Position numbers and translations under genes: made by a program | NCBI RefSeq assembly: GCF_003334405.1 | Contig: NZ_QOWM01000001.1 | Source: Escherichia coli | GTDB taxonomy: Bacteria; Pseudomonadota; Gammaproteobacteria; Enterobacterales; Enterobacteriaceae | Direction: 5' to 3' (one strand) | DNA: 64,000 nucleotides | In this document: positions 9,228 through 21,225 of the stretch, in pieces | Layout: the number at the start of each line of letters is the position of its first letter | How positions within the stretch are numbered: position 1 is the first letter of the stretch | The notes under the pieces: generated by a model | Databases searched by the model: none | The model's input: only the letters and a program-made list of their open reading frames with translations | Told to the model about the DNA's origin: nothing

Positions 9228-11417
9228 ATGTTTGTGGAGCATAACCTGATAAAAAATATCAAGATATTCACACTAGCGTTTACGCTCACCGTGGTACTTA
9301 TTCAGCTATCCCGTTTTATTTCGCCACTTGCCATTATCCATTCCAGTTATATCTTTCTGGCGTGGATGCCACTGTGCGTAATGCTGTCAATCTTGTTTAT
9401 CTTTGGCTGGCGCGGTGTCGTTCCCGTTTTATGCGGGATGTTTTGCACCAATCTGTGGAACTTTCATCTCTCTTTTTTACAGACTGCGGTCATGCTCGGT
9501 AGCCAGACGTTTGTCGTGTTGTGTGCCTGCGCAATATTACGCTGGCAGCTGGGGACGCGTTGGCGTTATGGATTGACCAGCCGATATGTCTGGCAACGTC
9601 TGTTCTGGCTTGGTTTGGTGACGCCGATCGGCATCAAATGCAGCATGTATCTTGTGGGGAGCTTCTTTGATTTCCCGCTAAAGATATCCACCTTTTTCGG
9701 CGATGCGGATGCCATTTTCACGGTCGTTGATTTGCTAAGCCTTTTCACCGCTGTGCTGATTTACAACATGCTTTTCTACTATCTCACTCGCATGATTGTA
9801 AGTCCCCACTTTGCGCAGATATTGTGGCGCAGGGATATCGCTCCGTCGTTGGGCAAAGAGAAACGCGCATTTACCTTAAGCTGGCTGGCAGCGTTAAGCG
9901 TGCTGCTACTTCTGTTGTGCACACCTTATGAAAACGACTTTATTGCCGGTTACCTGGTACCCGTTTTCTTCATCATCTTTACCCTCGGGGTCGGTAAGCT
10001 TCGCTATCCGTTTTTAAATCTCACCTGGGCTGTTTCAACGCTTTGCCTTCTGAATTACAACCAGAACTTTTTGCAAGGGGTGGAAACCGAATATTCGCTG
10101 GCATTTATTCTTGCGGTGCTGATTTCCTTTAGCGTTTGCCTGCTCTATATGGTGCGCATTTATCATCGCAGTGAATGGCTTAATCGCCGCTGGCATTTGC
10201 AGGCGCTGACAGATCCGTTAACGCTCCTACCCAACTTTCGTGCGTTGGAACAAGCGCCGGAGCAAGAGGCGGGCAAGAGTTTTTGCTGCCTGCGCATTGA
10301 TAATCTTGAGTTTATGAGTCGTCATTACGGCTTAATGATGCGCGTTCACTGTATCCGCTCAATTTGCCGTACGCTGCTGCCGTTGATGCAGGAAAACGAA
10401 AAGTTGTATCAATTGCCGGGTAGTGAACTGCTGTTAGTGCTGAGCGGGCCGGAAACGGAAGGGCGACTCCAGCATATGGTTAACATCCTGAATAGTCGGC
10501 AAATTCACTGGAACAATACCGGGCTGGATATGGGCTATGGTGCTGCCTGGGGGCGTTTTGATGGAAATCAGGAAACCCTGCAACCCTTGTTGGGGCAGTT
10601 AAGCTGGCTGGCGGAGCAATCCTGCGCACATCATCATGTGCTGGCGCTGGATAGCAGAGAGGAGATGGTTTCCGGGCAGACCACTAAACAGGTGCTATTG
10701 CTGAATACCATTCGCACGGCGTTAGATCAGGGTGATTTGCTGCTCTACGCCCAGCCAATTCGCAACAAAGAGGGTGAAGGTTATGATGAGATCCTCGCGC
10801 GACTGAAATATGACGGCGGCATTATGACCCCGGATAAGTTTCTGCCCCTTATTGCTCAGTTTAACCTTAGCGCGCGTTTTGATTTGCAAGTGCTGGAATC
10901 CTTGTTGAAGTGGCTGGCAACACACCCTTGCGACAAAAAAGGACCGCGCTTTTCAGTCAATTTAATGCCGCTCACGCTGCTGCAAAAGAATATTGCCGGG
11001 CGGATTATTCGTCTGTTTAAGCGTTATCACATCTCCCCGCAGGCGGTCATTCTTGAGATCACCGAGGAGCAGGCGTTTTCTAACGCAGAAAGCAGCATGT
11101 ACAACATCGAGCAGCTGCATAAGTTTGGTTTCCGGATTGCGATTGATGACTTTGGCACCGGATATGCCAACTACGAACGGTTAAAGCGTTTGCAGGCTGA
11201 TATCATCAAAATTGATGGCGTCTTTGTGAAAGATATTGTCACGAACACGCTGGATGCGATGATTGTGAGATCAATTACCGATCTGGCGAAAGCGAAGTCA
11301 TTGAGTGTGGTCGCGGAGTTTGTCGAGACGCAACAGCAGCAGGCGCTATTGCATAAGCTCGGGGTGCAATATCTGCAAGGGTATTTGATTGGTCGCCCGC
11401 AGCCATTAGCTGATTAA
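9228..11417 (+). CDS. pdeA: c-di-GMP phosphodiesterase, membrane N-terminal domain plus C-terminal EAL domain
   Basis: ORF track starts at 9111; in-frame ATG at 9228 (MFVEHNL...) gives 729 aa. Hydrophobic N-terminal third; EAL-type signatures EITEEQ and DDFGTGYANY. Confidence 0.88.
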   Translation: MFVEHNLIKNIKIFTLAFTLTVVLIQLSRFISPLAIIHSSYIFLAWMPLCVMLSILFIFGWRGVVPVLCGMFCTNLWNFHLSFLQTAVMLGSQTFVVLCACAILRWQLGTRWRYGLTSRYVWQRLFWLGLVTPIGIKCSMYLVGSFFDFPLKISTFFGDADAIFTVVDLLSLFTAVLIYNMLFYYLTRMIVSPHFAQILWRRDIAPSLGKEKRAFTLSWLAALSVLLLLLCTPYENDFIAGYLVPVFFIIFTLGVGKLRYPFLNLTWAVSTLCLLNYNQNFLQGVETEYSLAFILAVLISFSVCLLYMVRIYHRSEWLNRRWHLQALTDPLTLLPNFRALEQAPEQEAGKSFCCLRIDNLEFMSRHYGLMMRVHCIRSICRTLLPLMQENEKLYQLPGSELLLVLSGPETEGRLQHMVNILNSRQIHWNNTGLDMGYGAAWGRFDGNQETLQPLLGQLSWLAEQSCAHHHVLALDSREEMVSGQTTKQVLLLNTIRTALDQGDLLLYAQPIRNKEGEGYDEILARLKYDGGIMTPDKFLPLIAQFNLSARFDLQVLESLLKWLATHPCDKKGPRFSVNLMPLTLLQKNIAGRIIRLFKRYHISPQAVILEITEEQAFSNAESSMYNIEQLHKFGFRIAIDDFGTGYANYERLKRLQADIIKIDGVFVKDIVTNTLDAMIVRSITDLAKAKSLSVVAEFVETQQQQALLHKLGVQYLQGYLIGRPQPLAD

Positions 11418-11423
11418 CAGGCG

Positions 11424-11457
11424 TAAAAAAACCGGGGAATTATCCCCGGCTTTTTTA
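11424..11457. terminator. Bidirectional rho-independent terminator between convergent pdeA and nupC
   Basis: A-run, hairpin ccggggaattatccccgg, T-run. Confidence 0.65.
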
Positions 11458-11466
11458 TGTATGGTC

Positions 11467-12669
11467 TTACAGCACCAGTGCTGCGATTGACGCAGACAGC
11501 ACACTCACCAGGGTAGAGCCGTAAACCAGCTTCAGACCGAAGCGAGAAACCACGTTACCTTGCTCTTCATTCAGGCCTTTAACTGCACCTGCGATAATCC
11601 CGATTGAAGAGAAGTTAGCGAAGGAAACCAGGAACACAGAGATGATGCCTTCAGCACGCGGAGAGAGCGTGGAAGCAATTTTCTGCAGATCCATCATCGC
11701 AACGAACTCGTTGGAAACCAGTTTGGTCGCCATGATACTGCCCACTTGCAGTGCTTCACTGGAAGGAACACCCATCACCCATGCAATCGGATAGAAGATG
11801 TAGCCCAGGATGCCCTGGAAGGAGATGCTGTAGCCAAACCAGCCAGTAACGGTGGCAAACAGTGCGTTCAGCGCGGCGATCAGGGCGATAAAGCCAATCA
11901 GCATCGCGGCAACGATAATGGCAACTTTGAAACCTGCCAGAATGTATTCACCCAGCATTTCGAAGAAGCTCTGACCTTCGTGCAGGTTGGACATCTGGAT
12001 GTTTTCTTCACTGGCATCAACACGGTAAGGATTGATCAGCGACAGCACGATAAAGGTGCTGAACATGTTCAGTACCAGCGCAGCAACGACGTATTTCGGT
12101 TCCAGCATGGTCATGTATGCACCAACGATGGACATCGACACGGTGGACATTGCCGTGGCAGCCATGGTGTACATACGATTACGGGAGATTTTGCCGAGGA
12201 TATCTTTATAGGCAATAAAGTTTTCAGACTGACCCAGAATCAGGGAGCTGACGGCGTTAAAGGATTCCAGTTTGCCCATGCCGTTGACTTTGGAGAGCAG
12301 GAAACCAATTGCGCGGATGATCACCGGCAACACGCGAATGTGCTGGAGAATACCGATCAGTGCAGAGATAAAGACGATTGGGCACAGCACTTTCAGGAAG
12401 AAGAATGCCAGGCCTTGATCATTCATGCTACCAAAGACGAAGTTAGTCCCTTCGTTGGCAAATCCGAGCAGTTTTTCGAACATTTCGGAGAAGCCTTTCA
12501 CGAAGCCTAAACCAACGTCGGAGTTCAGGAAGAACCACGCCAGTAACACTTCGATAACAAGCAGTTGAATAACATAACGGATACGAATTTTTTTGCGGTC
12601 GCTGCTTACCAGCAGTGCGAGAATCGCAACAACGGCAAGTGCCAGTACAAAATGAAGGACGCGGTCCAT
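11467..12669 (-). CDS. nupC: Nucleoside:H+ symporter (CNT family)
   Basis: ORF track starts at 12708; internal start at [14 protein letters not shown] gives 400 aa; polytopic membrane protein. Confidence 0.93.
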
Positions 12670-12995
12670 ATTTGCTCCAAATATGAGGCAGGTTAAATTT
12701 CCGTGCACATTCTATGTAACATGGTTAAGGAAAACGAGATCTGACACACACTATAATGACGTCCTGTGACAGGCTTCAAAAATAGTGATCTGTCATACAT
12801 TTCTGCTATGTTGTGTATGGAAGCTGAAAGTTATGTAAATGTGCTAACATTAAACATAACCATAACATTCAAGTCATCAATCTTTTCGTAGTCATAATCC
12901 TGGTCTATCAGAGAAATCACCACAATCCATTTAAATGAATTTGATAATCATTCTCGTTTGGTATAGCATGAAACATAGCAAAGGCTATGTTTTAG

Positions 12996-14243
<1,248 letters not shown>

Positions 14244-14248
14244 TTGAA

Positions 14249-14359
<111 letters not shown>

Positions 14360-14383
14360 ATTGTGCTCCATTGGCGGACGCGT

Positions 14384-14710
14384 TTAATGGCGGTGCCCAT
14401 GACCCCGGCCTTTTCCGCGATGATCGTCACGATCGCGCCAGCCTTCACGATAGCCACGCTCATACGCTTTACGCTTATCCCAGCCACGGTGGTAGCCATT
14501 ATCATGACGCCACCAACGGTTTTTGCGCCACTCATAATTGCGATGCCAGTAGTCACGGTCGCGCCAGTGACCACCGTCCCAGTAATTACCGTAATGATCG
14601 CGATCGCCAATTTGTAATTTGATTGATGGCAGTAGGGTGATTTCACCTGCGTTTGCTGCAAGCGGGGTAAATGCCATCAGGGCGGCCGCCAGAAACAGTG
14701 ACCTGAACAT
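14384..14710 (-). CDS. ypeC: Secreted small protein YpeC (DUF2502), W/R/H/D-rich with His-rich C-terminus
   Basis: 108 aa; signal peptide [21 protein letters not shown]; repeated W-R-D-R/H units ending [10 protein letters not shown]. Confidence 0.85.
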
Positions 14711-14824
14711 TGTTATTCTCCTTCACGCTCGAAGCCGTCAGCGGCCTGTTAACGCAATATTACGGGGAGGTAAAGCCCCGTATCATCGCCATAACTCTTA
14801 AATCATAAAGGAGAGCATTTTTTG

Positions 14825-16081
14825 CTAAACGTTATCGTGGGGTGGCTGTTGCTTCGGACGATTGACCATCATCATCGGCTTACCTGCTAATAACAGCCAT
14901 GCCGGAAGCATGACGATACAGAGCAGCGGTAGCAATGTGGTATTGGGTACAACGACTGCCGCCATAAAAAGACTTAACCAGCCATCGCGTGTTACCACCA
15001 GCACGATGCCGAGAATAGCGCAAGAAACGGTTATTGCCGCTGGTACGGCGGGAACGTGCTCATGCAGCATCAACCCTAATGCCACGCCGACAAACACTGC
15101 CGGGAAGATTCGCCCACCGCGAAAGCCACTGGCGGCAGCAACGACCAGGGCGGCAAGTTTAATTACCGCCAGCAAAAAGTAATCGCTGGTGCTGAAAGCC
15201 TGATTTGCCACCATCTGCTGCATCTCATCCAGCCCTTTAAACAGCGAAACTGGTCCACCAATAACCCCCAGAATACCGAGAATAAATCCGCCAATACCCA
15301 GCACGAGCACCGGATTTTTCATTTGATGCATCATCGCGTGCAACCGTGGTAAGCACCATACGGCGACCATCCCTGCTGCGATGGCAATCGCCGCGACAAT
15401 TGCACCGCTGAGAATATCGGTCATTTCCATCTGTCCGTAATGAGCAATGGGCAGTGAAAAATGAGGATGGAAAAATAATCCGGTAGTAAGTGCACCAGCT
15501 GCTGCCGCCATTAACGGCGCAAAGAGACGATCCCATAGCGGAACTTCACTACTGCCATTTAAGGTTTGCGAAAATATCAACGCCGCCGCAACAGGAGTGC
15601 CAAACAGTGCGCCGATGGTTCCGGCAGAGGCTAAAATAGTCCACTCCATTCGGTTGACGCGCGGTAACAGACGAGCGCCAATGGCAACCGCAAGGGCGAT
15701 ATTGACGGTCATGATCGGATGTTCCGGCCCCAGGCTGACGCCGCCAGCAAGACCGAGAATTAATGCTACGATAAGTCCAGGTAGCGCAGAGGGCGGAACC
15801 GGTGCGCCGATCAGCGGTTCACAGGCGGGGTCTGGTCCGGCATGACCCTGGCTGAAACGGATAACCAACCCCACCGCAATACCCGTTAGCGTTAATACAC
15901 CGATGATCCAGAGGGGTGAATCCTGGGCTATCCCCAGAGTTCCCGGCAGTCGTTGCCAGAGCAAATTCTGTAATACCGAGGCGATTTTCATCACCACAAT
16001 CAGAATAAGACTGGACGCAATCCCAATTGCCACGGCGGGGAGCGATAATAACAACATGGTTCTGGCTCGCGGATGGAGCAT
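14825..16081 (-). CDS. yfeO: Putative ClC-like ion channel/transporter
   Basis: 418 aa polytopic membrane ORF; synteny next to glk. Confidence 0.82.
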
Positions 16082-16284
16082 GTTCTATTCCTTATGCGGG
16101 GTCAGATACTTAGTTTGCCCAGCTTGCAAAAAGGCATCGCTGCAATTGGTGCTGAAACGATAAAGTAATTGTGTGACCCAGATCGATATTTACAGGGAGC
16201 CTGCCTTTCCGGCGTTGTTGTTATGCCCCCAGGTATTTACAGTGTGAGAAAGAATTATTTTGACTTTAGCGGAGCAGTTGAAGA

Positions 16285-17250
16285 ATGACAAAGTATGCAT
16301 TAGTCGGTGATGTGGGCGGCACCAACGCACGTCTTGCTCTGTGTGATATTGCCAGTGGTGAAATCTCGCAGGCTAAGACCTATTCAGGGCTTGATTACCC
16401 CAGCCTCGAAGCGGTCATTCGCGTTTATCTTGAAGAACATAAGGTCGAGGTGAAAGACGGCTGTATTGCCATCGCTTGCCCAATTACCGGTGACTGGGTG
16501 GCGATGACCAACCATACCTGGGCGTTCTCAATTGCCGAAATGAAAAAGAATCTCGGTTTTAGCCATCTGGAAATTATTAACGATTTTACCGCTGTATCGA
16601 TGGCGATCCCGATGCTGAAAAAAGAGCATCTGATTCAGTTTGGTGGCGCAGAACCGGTCGAAGGTAAGCCTATTGCGGTTTACGGTGCCGGAACGGGGCT
16701 TGGGGTTGCGCATCTGGTCCATGTCGATAAGCGTTGGGTAAGCTTGCCAGGCGAAGGCGGTCACGTTGATTTTGCGCCGAATAGTGAAGAAGAGGCCATT
16801 ATCCTCGAAATATTGCGTGCGGAAATTGGTCATGTTTCGGCGGAGCGCGTGCTTTCTGGCCCTGGGCTGGTGAATTTGTATCGCGCAATTGTGAAAGCTG
16901 ACAACCGCCTGCCAGAAAATCTCAAGCCAAAAGATATTACCGAACGCGCGCTGGCTGACAGCTGCACCGATTGCCGCCGCGCATTGTCGCTGTTTTGCGT
17001 CATTATGGGCCGTTTTGGCGGCAATCTGGCGCTCAATCTCGGGACATTTGGCGGCGTGTTTATTGCGGGCGGTATCGTGCCGCGCTTCCTTGAGTTCTTC
17101 AAAGCCTCCGGTTTCCGTGCCGCATTTGAAGATAAAGGGCGCTTTAAAGAATATGTCCATGATATTCCGGTGTATCTCATCGTCCATGACAATCCGGGCC
17201 TTCTCGGTTCCGGTGCACATTTACGCCAGACCTTAGGTCACATTCTGTAA
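16285..17250 (+). CDS. glk: Glucokinase
   Basis: 321 aa; N-terminal ATP-binding motif [15 protein letters not shown]. Confidence 0.97.
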   Translation: MTKYALVGDVGGTNARLALCDIASGEISQAKTYSGLDYPSLEAVIRVYLEEHKVEVKDGCIAIACPITGDWVAMTNHTWAFSIAEMKKNLGFSHLEIINDFTAVSMAIPMLKKEHLIQFGGAEPVEGKPIAVYGAGTGLGVAHLVHVDKRWVSLPGEGGHVDFAPNSEEEAIILEILRAEIGHVSAERVLSGPGLVNLYRAIVKADNRLPENLKPKDITERALADSCTDCRRALSLFCVIMGRFGGNLALNLGTFGGVFIAGGIVPRFLEFFKASGFRAAFEDKGRFKEYVHDIPVYLIVHDNPGLLGSGAHLRQTLGHIL

Positions 17251-17468
17251 ATCCTTCCTTTTATATCGGGAGGTAACTCTCCCGATAATCTTTTAAATCA
17301 TACAGTTTATTCAATTTTTCTTTGTGTCCCCTCACAAGGTCGACCTGCGTCACACTTCCGTACAGCGGGATTAATTCTCCAGTAAATGCATTATTTGTCT
17401 GGTAACGGCGATTTGTTTTGCACGTTCATAATTTCACTCGTCAACTATCACTGAACGAGGAATTAACG

Positions 17469-17795
17469 ATGAGTAAGAAACTGATTGCCTTATGTGCCTG
17501 CCCGATGGGCCTGGCTCACACCTTTATGGCCGCTCAGGCGCTGGAAGAAGCGGCGGTAGAAGCCGGTTATGAAGTGAAAATTGAAACCCAGGGCGCGGAC
17601 GGTATCCAGAATCGCCTGACGGCGCAGGATATCGCCGAAGCGACCATCATCATCCACTCCGTGGCAGTTACCCCGGAAGATAACGAACGTTTCGAATCAC
17701 GCGACGTTTATGAAATCACTTTGCAGGACGCAATTAAAAACGCTGCGGGCATCATCAAAGAAATCGAAGAGATGATTGCCTCTGAACAACAGTAA
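17469..17795 (+). CDS. fryB: PTS fructose-like EIIB component
   Basis: ORF track from 17418; ATG at 17469 (MSKKLIALCACPMG...) gives 108 aa; Cys in the CACPMG phosphorylation-site context. Confidence 0.88.
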   Translation: MSKKLIALCACPMGLAHTFMAAQALEEAAVEAGYEVKIETQGADGIQNRLTAQDIAEATIIIHSVAVTPEDNERFESRDVYEITLQDAIKNAAGIIKEIEEMIASEQQ

Positions 17796-17816
17796 TATTC
17801 GACAGGGATAATTGTT

Positions 17817-19064
17817 ATGGCCATTAAAAAACGCAGTGCAACCGTTGTGCCTGGCGCATCCGGTGCGGCAGCGGCAGTTAAGAATCCGCAGGCCTCTAAA
17901 ACCAGCTTCTGGGGTGAACTCCCGCAGCATGTGATGTCAGGGATTTCACGCATGGTGCCGACCTTAATTATGGGCGGTGTGATCCTCGCTTTCAGCCAGC
18001 TGATTGCTTATAGCTGGCTTAAAATTCCTGCTGAGATCGGCATCATGGATGCTCTTAATAGCGGGAAATTCTCCGGTTTCGACCTCTCCTTACTTAAATT
18101 TGCCTGGCTGTCGCAGTCCTTCGGCGGCGTGTTGTTTGGTTTTGCCATTCCGATGTTTGCTGCTTTTGTGGCGAACTCTATCGGTGGCAAACTGGCGTTC
18201 CCGGCTGGTTTTATCGGCGGGTTGATGTCTACCCAGCCGACGCAACTGCTGAACTTCGATCCCAGCACTATGCAATGGGCGACCTCTTCGCCGGTGCCGT
18301 CCACCTTCATTGGTGCGCTGATTATTTCTATCGTTGCCGGTTACCTTGTGAAGTGGATGAACCAGAAAATCCAGTTACCGGATTTCCTGTTAGCGTTCAA
18401 AACCACATTTTTGCTCCCGATTCTTTCCGCCATTTTTGTCATGCTGGCGATGTACTACGTCATCACCCCCTTTGGTGGCTGGATCAACGGCGGTATCCGT
18501 ACTGTGCTGACTGCCGCAGGTGAGAAGGGCGCGCTGATGTACGCAATGGGGATCGCCGCGGCGACAGCAATCGACCTTGGTGGCCCGATCAACAAAGCCG
18601 CAGGTTTTGTTGCCTTCAGCTTTACCACTGACCACGTATTACCGGTCACCGCTCGTTCTATCGCTATCGTTATTCCGCCGATTGGTCTGGGGCTGGCGAC
18701 CATTATCGACCGTCGTTTAACCGGCAAACGCCTGTTCAACGCTCAACTTTATCCGCAGGGTAAGACCGCCATGTTCCTGGCGTTTATGGGGATCAGTGAG
18801 GGTGCGATTCCGTTTGCGCTGGAAAGCCCCATCACCGCCATTCCGTCGTATATGGTCGGCGCTATTGTCGGCTCAACCGCCGCTGTCTGGCTGGGCGCAG
18901 TGCAATGGTTCCCGGAGTCCGCTATCTGGGCATGGCCGCTGGTCACTAACCTGGGCGTCTATATGGCGGGGATCGCGCTGGGGGCAGTCATAACTGCGCT
19001 GATGGTGGTGTTCCTGCGTCTGATGATGTTCCGTAAAGGCAAATTGTTAATCGATAGCCTGTAA
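17817..19064 (+). CDS. fryC: PTS fructose-like EIIC permease
   Basis: 415 aa polytopic membrane protein downstream of fryB. Confidence 0.9.
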   Translation: MAIKKRSATVVPGASGAAAAVKNPQASKTSFWGELPQHVMSGISRMVPTLIMGGVILAFSQLIAYSWLKIPAEIGIMDALNSGKFSGFDLSLLKFAWLSQSFGGVLFGFAIPMFAAFVANSIGGKLAFPAGFIGGLMSTQPTQLLNFDPSTMQWATSSPVPSTFIGALIISIVAGYLVKWMNQKIQLPDFLLAFKTTFLLPILSAIFVMLAMYYVITPFGGWINGGIRTVLTAAGEKGALMYAMGIAAATAIDLGGPINKAAGFVAFSFTTDHVLPVTARSIAIVIPPIGLGLATIIDRRLTGKRLFNAQLYPQGKTAMFLAFMGISEGAIPFALESPITAIPSYMVGAIVGSTAAVWLGAVQWFPESAIWAWPLVTNLGVYMAGIALGAVITALMVVFLRLMMFRKGKLLIDSL

Positions 19065-19078
19065 GAAGGAAAATCCAG

Positions 19079-20164
19079 ATGACATTACTCGCTTCGCTGC
19101 GCGACTGGCTTAAGGCGCAACAACTGGATGCAGTGCTTCTCTCCTCACGGCAGAACAAACAGCCGCATCTGGGGATCTCCACCGGATCAGGTTATGTGGT
19201 GATTAGCCGTGAAAGTGCGCACATTCTGGTGGATTCGCGCTATTACGTTGAGGTGGAAGCCCGTGCGCAAGGCTACCAGCTGCATTTGCTTGACGCGACG
19301 AACACGCTTACCACTATCGTCAATCAAATCATTGCCGATGAACAGTTGCAAACGCTCGGTTTTGAGGGCCAGCAGGTGAGTTGGGAAACCGCGCACCGCT
19401 GGCAGTCTGAACTCAATGCGAAACTGGTTAGCGCCACGCCGGATGTGCTGCGGCAAATCAAAACGCCAGAGGAGGTGGAGAAAATCCGCCTCGCCTGTGG
19501 GATTGCTGATCGCGGTGCAGAGCATATTCGCCGCTTTATTCAGGCGGGGATGAGCGAGCGCGAGATAGCCGCTGAACTGGAGTGGTTTATGCGCCAGCAG
19601 GGCGCAGAAAAAGCCTCTTTTGACACCATTGTCGCCAGTGGCTGGCGTGGGGCGCTGCCGCACGGCAAAGCCAGCGACAAGATTGTTGCAGCGGGCGAGT
19701 TTGTCACTCTCGATTTCGGTGCGCTGTATCAGGGCTACTGCTCTGATATGACGCGCACCTTGCTGGTGAATGGCGAAGGGGTGAGCGCCGAATCTCACCC
19801 GCTGTTTAACGTCTATCAAATTGTCCTGCAGGCACAGCTCGCAGCAATCTCCGCGATTCGCCCCGGCGTGCGCTGCCAGCAGGTTGACGATGCCGCGCGC
19901 CGGGTCATTACAGAAGCAGGTTATGGCGACTATTTCGGTCATAACACCGGTCACGCTATCGGCATTGAAGTTCATGAAGATCCGCGTTTTTCACCGCGGG
20001 ACACCACGACGCTACAGCCAGGCATGTTACTGACCGTGGAGCCGGGGATTTATTTGCCAGGGCAAGGGGGCGTGCGCATCGAAGATGTTGTGCTGGTTAC
20101 CCCGCAAGGCGCAGAAGTGCTCTACGCCATGCCGAAAACAGTGTTGCTCACGGGAGAGGCATAA
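19079..20164 (+). CDS. ypdF: Xaa-Pro aminopeptidase (M24 family)
   Basis: 361 aa; M24 metal-ligand region ([13 protein letters not shown]); stop overlaps the ypdE start (TAATG). Confidence 0.88.
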   Translation: MTLLASLRDWLKAQQLDAVLLSSRQNKQPHLGISTGSGYVVISRESAHILVDSRYYVEVEARAQGYQLHLLDATNTLTTIVNQIIADEQLQTLGFEGQQVSWETAHRWQSELNAKLVSATPDVLRQIKTPEEVEKIRLACGIADRGAEHIRRFIQAGMSEREIAAELEWFMRQQGAEKASFDTIVASGWRGALPHGKASDKIVAAGEFVTLDFGALYQGYCSDMTRTLLVNGEGVSAESHPLFNVYQIVLQAQLAAISAIRPGVRCQQVDDAARRVITEAGYGDYFGHNTGHAIGIEVHEDPRFSPRDTTTLQPGMLLTVEPGIYLPGQGGVRIEDVVLVTPQGAEVLYAMPKTVLLTGEA

Positions 20165-21201
20165 TGGATTTATCGCTATTAAAAGCGTTGAGCGAGGCAG
20201 ATGCGATCGCCTCCTCGGAACAGGAAGTGCGGCAGATCCTGCTGGAAGAAGCGGATCGCCTGCAAAAAGAAGTGCGATTTGATGGTCTGGGATCGGTGCT
20301 GATCCGCCTGAATGAATCGACAGGTCCGAAGGTGATGATCTGTGCGCATATGGACGAAGTGGGATTTATGGTGCGCAGCATCTCCCGCGAAGGGGCGATT
20401 GATGTGCTGCCGGTTGGCAACGTACGCATGGCTGCCCGCCAGCTGCAGCCGGTGCGCATCACCACCCGTGAAGAGTGCAAAATTCCAGGCCTGCTTGACG
20501 GCGACCGGCAGGGGAATGACGTCAGCGCCATGCGCGTGGACATTGGTGCGCGCTCCTATGACGAAGTGATGCAGGCGGGAATTCGTCCCGGCGATCGCGT
20601 CACGTTTGATACCACTTTTCAGGTTCTCCCTCACCAGCGAGTGATGGGGAAAGCCTTTGATGACCGCCTCGGTTGCTATCTGCTGGTGACGTTACTGCGC
20701 GAACTGCACGACGCCGAACTACCTGCGGAAGTGTGGCTGGTGGCAAGTTCCAGCGAAGAGGTGGGATTACGCGGCGGGCAAACTGCCACCCGCGCGGTGT
20801 CGCCGGACGTCGCCATTGTGCTTGATACCGCCTGCTGGGCGAAAAACTTTGATTATGGCGCGGCTAACCATCGCCAGATTGGTAACGGGCCGATGCTGGT
20901 GTTAAGCGACAAGTCGCTGATTGCGCCGCCAAAACTTACCGCCTGGGTCGAAACCGTGGCGGCAGAAATTGGCGTGCCGTTGCAGGCAGATATGTTCAGC
21001 AACGGCGGCACGGACGGCGGGGCGGTGCACTTAACCGGCACCGGCGTGCCCACAGTGGTGATGGGGCCAGCAACCCGCCATGGACATTGCGCCGCATCGA
21101 TTGCCGATTGCCGCGACATTTTGCAGATGCAGCAACTTTTATCTGCCCTTATTCAACGTCTTACGCGTGAGACGGTTGTTCAACTGACGGATTTCAGATG
21201 A
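20164..21201 (+). CDS. ypdE: M42-family aminopeptidase
   Basis: 345 aa; embedded in the fry operon. Confidence 0.88.
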   Translation: MDLSLLKALSEADAIASSEQEVRQILLEEADRLQKEVRFDGLGSVLIRLNESTGPKVMICAHMDEVGFMVRSISREGAIDVLPVGNVRMAARQLQPVRITTREECKIPGLLDGDRQGNDVSAMRVDIGARSYDEVMQAGIRPGDRVTFDTTFQVLPHQRVMGKAFDDRLGCYLLVTLLRELHDAELPAEVWLVASSSEEVGLRGGQTATRAVSPDVAIVLDTACWAKNFDYGAANHRQIGNGPMLVLSDKSLIAPPKLTAWVETVAAEIGVPLQADMFSNGGTDGGAVHLTGTGVPTVVMGPATRHGHCAASIADCRDILQMQQLLSALIQRLTRETVVQLTDFR

Positions 21202-21225
21202 TCTCCTGATTAACCCGGAGCGGTT

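Noticed and set aside
11746-12510. 254-aa ORF on the plus strand, His/Gly/Asp-rich
   Set aside because: Antisense to nupC; low-complexity composition and no start context.
14363-14622. Multiple overlapping ORFs on both strands in the ypeC region
   Set aside because: Artefacts of the repetitive codon-biased ypeC sequence; only the signal-peptide-bearing minus-strand frame (14384-14710) is credible.
16528-17220. 230-aa ORF on the minus strand
   Set aside because: Antisense to glk.
19187-19975. 262-aa ORF on the minus strand
   Set aside because: Antisense within ypdF; no independent support.
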